Shown here: positions 57,427 through 64,000 of the stretch, piece by piece
Position numbering within the stretch: position 1 is the first letter of the stretch
Layout: each line of letters begins with the position of its first letter
Origin: Methanobacteriota archaeon
Lineage (GTDB): Archaea > Thermoplasmatota > Poseidoniia > Poseidoniales > Thalassarchaeaceae
Direction: 5' to 3'
DNA length: 64,000 nucleotides
Assembly (NCBI GenBank): GCA_002722735.1
Contig: PBMR01000005.1
Coordinates: 1,570 to 65,569, forward strand
Translations under genes and position numbers: made by a program
Notes under the pieces: generated by a model
What the model was told of the DNA's origin: nothing
Database searches by the model: none
What the model saw: the letters and a program-made list of their open reading frames with translations, nothing else

Positions 57427-58125
57427 TCAAAGGGCGAGTTTGGAGAGGGCCGCCTCGATGGCTTCAGCCCATGATGAATCTACCGAACCCCATCCCCCTT
57501 CTTTCTCTAACTCCCTGAGGTGTAACTTCTCCTCATCCGTGTTTCCATGTTTCCCATGAATCAGAACCAATGCGGCGTGACTCATCGAATTAATCCACGG
57601 CTCCTCCATATCCCAAGAACGCTCGAAGTGTGAGATGGCACCATTCGGCCCATGAATCAGCCCTCGGTGAATCTGCCTCAGTCCCGATTTCGACCAAGTG
57701 ATTCCGGGCACCCCAACTACAAGTCCCCGGAATACTAGGTAGATCTCGAGCATCACAAGGGTACTCGCTAGGATGAAAGAGCCGATCTGCTCGGTCTGCC
57801 CGGCTTCTTCCCAACGACCTGCTAACAGAGAAATCCCTCCGACGCAGAATAGCACTCCGCCCAAGGGAGCAAGAATCACATCTTCCTTGGTTACTCCCAT
57901 GTTCCACACACCTAGGACCACTGCCCCTCCTCCGACAACGACTGAGAGAACTTCAGGGAACTGATCAGATCCTTGTCTGGGGCTTGTACTAGAAATCCAT
58001 AGGATTAGAGCGAGTACGAGGACGAGCCCTGCGAACCTACCGCTTATTTCGGGGAATGGCTGAAGTCTGCCTAGGTAATATGTGACCGATCCCACACCTA
58101 GGAAGAGCCCGATCCAGAACAGCAT
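57427..58125 (-). CDS. Hypothetical membrane protein with a soluble helical C-terminus
   Basis: Five hydrophobic segments; GAGGT SD before ATG 58125. Confidence 0.7.
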   Translation of the reverse strand: MLFWIGLFLGVGSVTYYLGRLQPFPEISGRFAGLVLVLALILWISSTSPRQGSDQFPEVLSVVVGGGAVVLGVWNMGVTKEDVILAPLGGVLFCVGGISLLAGRWEEAGQTEQIGSFILASTLVMLEIYLVFRGLVVGVPGITWSKSGLRQIHRGLIHGPNGAISHFERSWDMEEPWINSMSHAALVLIHGKHGNTDEEKLHLRELEKEGGWGSVDSSWAEAIEAALSKLAL

Positions 58126-58129
58126 TACC

Positions 58130-58453
58130 TCACTCCTCCGTATGGTCACTACCCCAACCAGGCTTCCAGAAATCATCATCATCCAACCATCCCAACCATT
58201 CCGAGTCATCGGCTCTCAGAAGTCTGAATGCGCGTCTGTCGAGCCCCTGCAGCAGCGCATCGTCGACCTCGCCCTCTGCATGCGCATCCTGCCATTCAAC
58301 CTGCATCTGCCTGATCCTTCGTTGGCCCTCAGCACGGTTGTCAAAGCACATTTCGCAGATCTCCCGCAGGTCTTGGATCCACAATCTCGATCCACGAATA
58401 TGGGGCTCGTTGTCGAATGATCCAGACCTGCGCTTGAACGGCCACCAGCCCAT
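58130..58453 (-). CDS. Hypothetical protein
   Basis: 107-aa ORF directly upstream of and co-oriented with 57427-58125. Confidence 0.65.
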   Translation of the reverse strand: MGWWPFKRRSGSFDNEPHIRGSRLWIQDLREICEMCFDNRAEGQRRIRQMQVEWQDAHAEGEVDDALLQGLDRRAFRLLRADDSEWLGWLDDDDFWKPGWGSDHTEE

Positions 58454-58530
58454 GATCCTCAAGTGAACGCCGGAGCCGACCGTCTTGATGGTTTGCGAAT
58501 CGCTAAGTGGAGCATTAGCCTCGAACCAAC

Positions 58531-58965
58531 ATGGGGCGCGTTGTGGTTCATCTGCATAGGGTGCCCAAAGACAAGGCCATCTCGGTAATTGTCAGTGATT
58601 ACGGAAGAAGACTCAGAAGCAGGGGAGTCAGTTTGGAGACTCACTCGGAGCGCCATGGCTCAGAGAGATACGAGAGCGAACTTTCGAATCTCTCTGGCTC
58701 GCTAGTACTGCTCGACGAGTCCGGCGAGACGAAAACTAGTCTTGAGTTCGCCTCGTGGCTGTCTTCTGCGGAACTCGATAGAGATCCGACCAATCTGGCC
58801 GTAGGTTCCAGTGAGGGTTTCAGCGACTCCCTGAAAGAACGTGCAGATTACTTGATTGCCCTTTCTTCCATGACCCTATCTCACGAACTGGCCGCAGCAG
58901 TTCTTATGGAGCAGTTATACAGGGCATCCGAGATCAATCGTGGCACATCATATCACCGGGATTAG
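58531..58965 (+). CDS. rlmH: RlmH-family SPOUT methyltransferase
   Basis: LLDE.G, VGSSEGF, LS.MT..H.LA..V..EQLYRA and YH motifs. Confidence 0.85.
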   Translation: MGRVVVHLHRVPKDKAISVIVSDYGRRLRSRGVSLETHSERHGSERYESELSNLSGSLVLLDESGETKTSLEFASWLSSAELDRDPTNLAVGSSEGFSDSLKERADYLIALSSMTLSHELAAAVLMEQLYRASEINRGTSYHRD

Positions 58966-59111
58966 CGATTCCGAACAGAGCCATATTCGAGCAAGATGCC
59001 GTCCTTGATACTCTGGAGCCCATGTGATACGATTTAGGCCAAGGGCAGGAATCCATTGATAAGCAGGCCGATTTGGTTGAGGCACTCTCCCCGAGAGAAA
59101 GCAGGGATACA

Positions 59112-62100
59112 ATGCCAAAACGATGTACGAGTGACGGAACACAGGGATTACTGCCGGCGATTTTCATGGTCGCTTTGATGATGCTCAGCACTCAACTGCT
59201 TGTGCTCATGGGGGGTGATGACGAAAGCACCACAGAGTCTGGTCTTGACACGATTCCCAAGAGAACCGCCTATCAGCAGCTCAACCAACTATCGGGCCCG
59301 GTGCAGGGAACCAACCAGAACCAACCTGCGGCGACCAACCCATTCCAAGAGGCGGCCTTCCAGGATCCGTTCTACCATGATCCAGCATCGTATTACGGAA
59401 AGATTTCGGACATGTCTGCTCTCGCCCTCGATCCGAGCTACGGATTCTTCCTCGAGGAGACCAACACCGACGACCACGACAACGACGGAATCGACGACCT
59501 GAACGACCTTGATGACGACAACGATGGAATCAACGATCTAATTGAGCGGTTCGATGGCTGCTTTGGGACAGACCCCCTGGACCATGACAACGACGGCGTT
59601 CTGGATGAGTTCGATTGGGATGACGACAACGACGGCATCCTCGAGGGGCCCATTGACTACACACAGGGGGCCGACCCCAAGAACGTCAGCATGGATCGAT
59701 ACGTCGACCCGTTAACCGTTCACCCATGGACTGGCGATACCGTTGGAGTCGGTTACAGGGTCGACCAGAATCCCATGGACCACGACAACGACGGTGTTAC
59801 CGATGAAGACGTTGATGGTTCAGGAAGAGGCTCCTACGACGAGGACGATGACAATGACGGACGCATCGACCAATTCACCTGGCCATGTGACTTTGACTCC
59901 GATGGCCTGCAGGACTACTTCGACCTAGACGACGACAACGACGGCCTAGCCGATATCGATGATATCCACCCTTGGAGGTTTGACGACCCCGTAATCAGGA
60001 TGGACAGCGTCGAGGGCATAATGTGGGATGACTGGTCGGTAGTGCAATTATCAGATTACTCGGACTACGTCGATGGCTTGGACTACGTCGCACTCGAGGC
60101 TATCAACCATCCCAATAACCAGAGCTTCACCACAATCTACGATGGCGACCTCGATGGCGACGGAATCCCCAACTTCCTAGATCCAGACAACGACGGTGAC
60201 GGATCCCCCGACTCCTCAGACACGGACGACGACAATGACGGCCTAGCCGATATGTATGACGTCGACGACGACAATGACGGCATTCCAGACACCTGCCACC
60301 AGACTGACACCAACAACGACGGCCAAGGTGATTACCCAATCATCTCATTGGAATTCCAAACCCCGGGCACGGACTGCGAGATCGACTATGATGGCGATTT
60401 GGACGACGATCAGTTCAGGATGATCGATCAGGACTATGACTTGGTCTGGGACTGGTTGGACACCGATATGGGGGGGTTGGAATATCCAGACAACCCAACT
60501 CGTTGGGCAATTGATAACTCCGATGCCCCCTGGGATTCAGATAACGATGGGATCGTGAATGAAGACGACCCTTTCCCCCTGAATTCGACGGCTGAGGTCG
60601 TAACCTGGGACTGCCCCAGCATCGAAAACCCAAACCCAACCGACCCGAGCGACAAATGCTTCCTGTGGAGGAAGTCGTACACCGGCTTCAACGACTGGGA
60701 CGGCGACGGTTTGAACAACTGGGTAGACGTCGACGATGACAACGACGGCATCCTCGATTGGCTGGATATCGACCCTGATTGCGACTTGGACAACGATGCC
60801 GATCTGCACGAGTTGAACGGCTCAATGTACCGTGATGACGGTACCAATGACATTGACACGGATATCGACGGGGACGGACTGCCGAATGATGTGGATTGGG
60901 ACGATGACAACGACGGCATCAATGACTACTATGATCCCGACGACGGCAACTGCGGCTTCGTAGACACGGACAACACCGACCCTTTCGACGGCGGTTGGAA
61001 CTACCCACAGGACGATGGAGAGGCAATCGATGGCTCCGAGGATGGTAGCCAACTCCGCCCATATCCCAACGACGTTGCTTACACTTACTACTGGAACATG
61101 ACCTGGGGCTTCAACCCGTTCAACGAGGATAACAACTTCCTGCTGAATTTCAACGGCTACTCGGGAGACACCTCGTTCCCGAGAATCAACGGCAAGATAC
61201 CCGAGTTCTACTGGTACCTCATCATGAAGTGGAATCCGTACAACGGAAACAACTTCTTCGACATCGACACCGATGGCGACTCGCTCGTCAATGGAATCGA
61301 CGTCGATCAGGACGGGGACGGTCTGCCCGACTGGTGGGACCAGGACGAGGGCAACGACGGAGTGCTCGATGTCAATGACATCAAGATGGGGGGGACCTTC
61401 GATGGAAACTCGTGCGGCACAACCCTGTACAATGCAATCTATTCCGGACAGCTTATCGAACGCGCTTGCGGCTTGGACTACGCTTGGCTGTATGGATATC
61501 CCATAATGACCCCCACTTGGGCCAATCAAAATCTCTTCACCACTCCCTACAGCTCCCGCCCCGATTCGGATCACGATGACGGCCCCTACGATGGAAGCAA
61601 CTCCCAAGGGCAGAATGATTGTGACAGCAACTGCTTCTGGTTTACCTTCGACCCCGGAAGCAACCCCTCCCCATCCGCCGCCGTCACCTACAACGAGATC
61701 AAGAACAACCGAGATCTGTGGATCGCCTACGTCGGACTGAATCGTGGCCTATTTAGCTGGAACTCAGATGCCAATGGCAATCTATTCCCCGATGAGGTTG
61801 CGGACAGATTAGACGACTCCGAGGACCCGGACATCGACTGCGGACAGCCTATGCCATCCTTCTCCTTCACACCAAGTTGCATGTACAATAACACCAACGA
61901 TCTCGACGACGATTGGGACATTGTCTACGATCACTTCGACGTCGACGATGACAACGATGGCGTTTGGGACTACTTCGAAGTCGATACCAACGACGATCTC
62001 GACGACGATGCGGGCGTCGAGGAGCCCTACTACTTCACCGGCACCAACTGCGAGGACGAAGATGACGACGGCTTGGATACCGATCCCGATGGGGATGGGT

Positions 62101-64000
62101 GGTACCAAGCCGTCTGGGACAAGGGCGTGCTTGGACAGGGTCTGCTGTTTCCCGAATACTATGACGTCGACAATGACAATGACGGAGTCCCCGATGGAGA
62201 GGATTTTGATGACGACAATAATGGCCTCCCAGACTCCGCTCAAGAGGAGTACGAGGAGTGCTTCGTCGGCGAGGAGCAGAGCACTTGGGACCATGACAAT
62301 GACGGCGTCTTGAACTGGGCCGATGACGACTGGGACGGTGACGGAATCCCCAATAGCCTCGAATTGCAATTCGCGGTACCCATGGTCTCGCCTTGGGACC
62401 ATGACAATGACGGCATTCGAGACGATATCGACGACGACGACGATGCGGATGGCATGAAGGACGAGGACGAGGTCCTGCTGTGGCCTTCTAGGTTTGATAG
62501 CGAATCGACCAACCCCTGGGACCACGACGACTTTGGCGAAGGCTTCGGCATTGCCAATCCAACAAACAACACCACCGGGCCGGATGCCATCGATGTGGAC
62601 GACGACTCTGACTATAGGCTGGATCTCGATTGGAATGACCCCTCTCCCGGAGACCAACCAAATGCGGACAATAAGCTAGAGGAGTTTGACGGAGGCAGCT
62701 CTGACTGGGACTCGGATAACGATGGCATTCCAGATGATGATGACAAGATAGCCACCCGAATCACCTTGACTACCCAACCGGTGCTATGGCTGGACCAGAG
62801 CAGACCAGCGATATTCAATGGTACTGTGTACATGGTAGATCTCGATACTTCAACATACGTCCCAGCCCCCCAAGTTCCCGTTCAAGTCCATATCGAATAC
62901 ACTAGGAACATGACGTCTGCTCTTGAGACCATCGATGTGCTCACAGACGATATCGGCAGGTATGTCGTCGGGCAGTTCCTCTTCCCAGAGGACCTGAGCG
63001 TTGGCGCGAACACGACCTACAGCGTCTATGCGGAGGTCACTGAGATGTTCCTCCACAACTACAGCGTCACCGAAAAGTACCCGGTCGAGGTCAGAGCCAA
63101 TACTACCATCGGGTTCGTTGCAGGCCAGAGGTTCAGATCCGACGAACAACCCCTCAAGCTCGATTTCAAGGTCCATTACACTGCTGACTACGATCGCGGG
63201 ATTTTTGACAACAGACTGATGCACGCTCCCGTATCATTCACTGTCAGCGGAGATCCCTTCGGCAATATCACTCACCCCACCGTCTTTGACGGCTATGGAT
63301 ATGGGTACCGCGCAGATACTGGTGGCTGGGTGTCCCTCTCATTCGTCCAGACCAGTGGCAACCAGGGAATGTGGAAGCAGGTGCAATGGAACTCGCTATT
63401 GGACAACGGACCCGGTGCACCGATGGGCGGGTACGAGGAGATAGTCTGGGACAATAACTCGAAGCGTCACACCGTTTTGGGCTCATATAATTACACCAAC
63501 ACCAGCCTCCCTGTAGGAGACTACAGCTTCATCGGATTTTCTAGACCGGATCTCGGTGATGAGTGGCCTTGGCCATATCTGGAGGGCTCCAAGACAGATT
63601 CCTTCTTTATCCGCTCGATGCATCGCATGTACGTAGAAGCAGAGCTGATAGTCTCATCCTTCAGACCCGTATACTTCTGGGATGGAACCCAGTTCACGGG
63701 CTCCTCCTTCGGAGCATGGCGGGCCCTCTTCCACGCCCCCTCCCTAGTCCTTGCCGACATAGGGTATGCAGAGGCGAGCCTCGGAAAGCCATACCCAATT
63801 CTTTGGGACGGCACCCCGCAAGGACTCGCTGACATAGCGGGAGGTAGCCTAATGCCCTTCCTGGACTCGAATGGAACTCATTGGACCATAACCATGCAGA
63901 ACGGCGCGGATTTCGACTCCCCACCCTGCGGGCCCGTCAATCCGTTGGATCCCAGTAGCGAGGTCAGGTGCGAGATAGTACCTGAGATGTTCACTGGTGA
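59112..64000 (+). CDS. Giant secreted protein with thrombospondin type-3-like DxDxDG repeats; 3' end outside window; absent from the ORF track
   Basis: Frame open from ATG 59112 to the window end (at least 1629 aa); hydrophobic N-terminal segment; many DHDNDG/DDDNDG motifs at about 59470-62745, then beta-rich domains. Confidence 0.88.
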   Translation, partial: MPKRCTSDGTQGLLPAIFMVALMMLSTQLLVLMGGDDESTTESGLDTIPKRTAYQQLNQLSGPVQGTNQNQPAATNPFQEAAFQDPFYHDPASYYGKISDMSALALDPSYGFFLEETNTDDHDNDGIDDLNDLDDDNDGINDLIERFDGCFGTDPLDHDNDGVLDEFDWDDDNDGILEGPIDYTQGADPKNVSMDRYVDPLTVHPWTGDTVGVGYRVDQNPMDHDNDGVTDEDVDGSGRGSYDEDDDNDGRIDQFTWPCDFDSDGLQDYFDLDDDNDGLADIDDIHPWRFDDPVIRMDSVEGIMWDDWSVVQLSDYSDYVDGLDYVALEAINHPNNQSFTTIYDGDLDGDGIPNFLDPDNDGDGSPDSSDTDDDNDGLADMYDVDDDNDGIPDTCHQTDTNNDGQGDYPIISLEFQTPGTDCEIDYDGDLDDDQFRMIDQDYDLVWDWLDTDMGGLEYPDNPTRWAIDNSDAPWDSDNDGIVNEDDPFPLNSTAEVVTWDCPSIENPNPTDPSDKCFLWRKSYTGFNDWDGDGLNNWVDVDDDNDGILDWLDIDPDCDLDNDADLHELNGSMYRDDGTNDIDTDIDGDGLPNDVDWDDDNDGINDYYDPDDGNCGFVDTDNTDPFDGGWNYPQDDGEAIDGSEDGSQLRPYPNDVAYTYYWNMTWGFNPFNEDNNFLLNFNGYSGDTSFPRINGKIPEFYWYLIMKWNPYNGNNFFDIDTDGDSLVNGIDVDQDGDGLPDWWDQDEGNDGVLDVNDIKMGGTFDGNSCGTTLYNAIYSGQLIERACGLDYAWLYGYPIMTPTWANQNLFTTPYSSRPDSDHDDGPYDGSNSQGQNDCDSNCFWFTFDPGSNPSPSAAVTYNEIKNNRDLWIAYVGLNRGLFSWNSDANGNLFPDEVADRLDDSEDPDIDCGQPMPSFSFTPSCMYNNTNDLDDDWDIVYDHFDVDDDNDGVWDYFEVDTNDDLDDDAGVEEPYYFTGTNCEDEDDDGLDTDPDGDGWYQAVWDKGVLGQGLLFPEYYDVDNDNDGVPDGEDFDDDNNGLPDSAQEEYEECFVGEEQSTWDHDNDGVLNWADDDWDGDGIPNSLELQFAVPMVSPWDHDNDGIRDDIDDDDDADGMKDEDEVLLWPSRFDSESTNPWDHDDFGEGFGIANPTNNTTGPDAIDVDDDSDYRLDLDWNDPSPGDQPNADNKLEEFDGGSSDWDSDNDGIPDDDDKIATRITLTTQPVLWLDQSRPAIFNGTVYMVDLDTSTYVPAPQVPVQVHIEYTRNMTSALETIDVLTDDIGRYVVGQFLFPEDLSVGANTTYSVYAEVTEMFLHNYSVTEKYPVEVRANTTIGFVAGQRFRSDEQPLKLDFKVHYTADYDRGIFDNRLMHAPVSFTVSGDPFGNITHPTVFDGYGYGYRADTGGWVSLSFVQTSGNQGMWKQVQWNSLLDNGPGAPMGGYEEIVWDNNSKRHTVLGSYNYTNTSLPVGDYSFIGFSRPDLGDEWPWPYLEGSKTDSFFIRSMHRMYVEAELIVSSFRPVYFWDGTQFTGSSFGAWRALFHAPSLVLADIGYAEASLGKPYPILWDGTPQGLADIAGGSLMPFLDSNGTHWTITMQNGADFDSPPCGPVNPLDPSSEVRCEIVPEMFTG

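Noticed and set aside
59470-62745. Repeated gacgacgacaacgacgg-like DNA as a CRISPR or tandem array
   Set aside because: Irregular spacing and synonymous variation; explained by encoded DxDxDG repeats

Overview
Gene-dense, GC-rich archaeal chromosomal window. Archaeal information-processing genes (TFB, topoisomerase VI A/B, RpoP, Dph5, Trm5-like, RFC-like, split GMP synthase A) sit beside bacterial-type catabolic genes and very large acidic secreted proteins. This mix suggests Marine Group II (Poseidoniales, Thermoplasmatota), which is an inference from gene content. The window holds about 54 CDS and four intronless CCA-encoding tRNAs (Ala-CGC, Pro-CGG, Asp-GUC, Arg-CCU). It also has a fatty-acid beta-oxidation operon that includes an acyl-CoA-binding protein, a class II ribonucleotide reductase, and a small lower-GC islet with an orphan vsr beside tRNA-Ala. 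No CRISPR array, integrase or transposase was seen. Most notable: (1) a 1720-aa surface protein with an integrin-alpha-like layout (7-blade propeller with an inserted MIDAS vWA domain, Ig-like stalk, TM helix); (2) a module of a secreted Cys-rich repeat protein, a 32-bp palindrome and a membrane-tethered HTH; (3) a gene missed by the ORF track that appears to start at ACG; (4) RpoP with an extra Zn ribbon; (5) a catalytically rewired SdhA-like flavoprotein; (6) a giant DxDxDG-repeat protein running off the window end. All calls come from reading motifs by eye; no searches were run.
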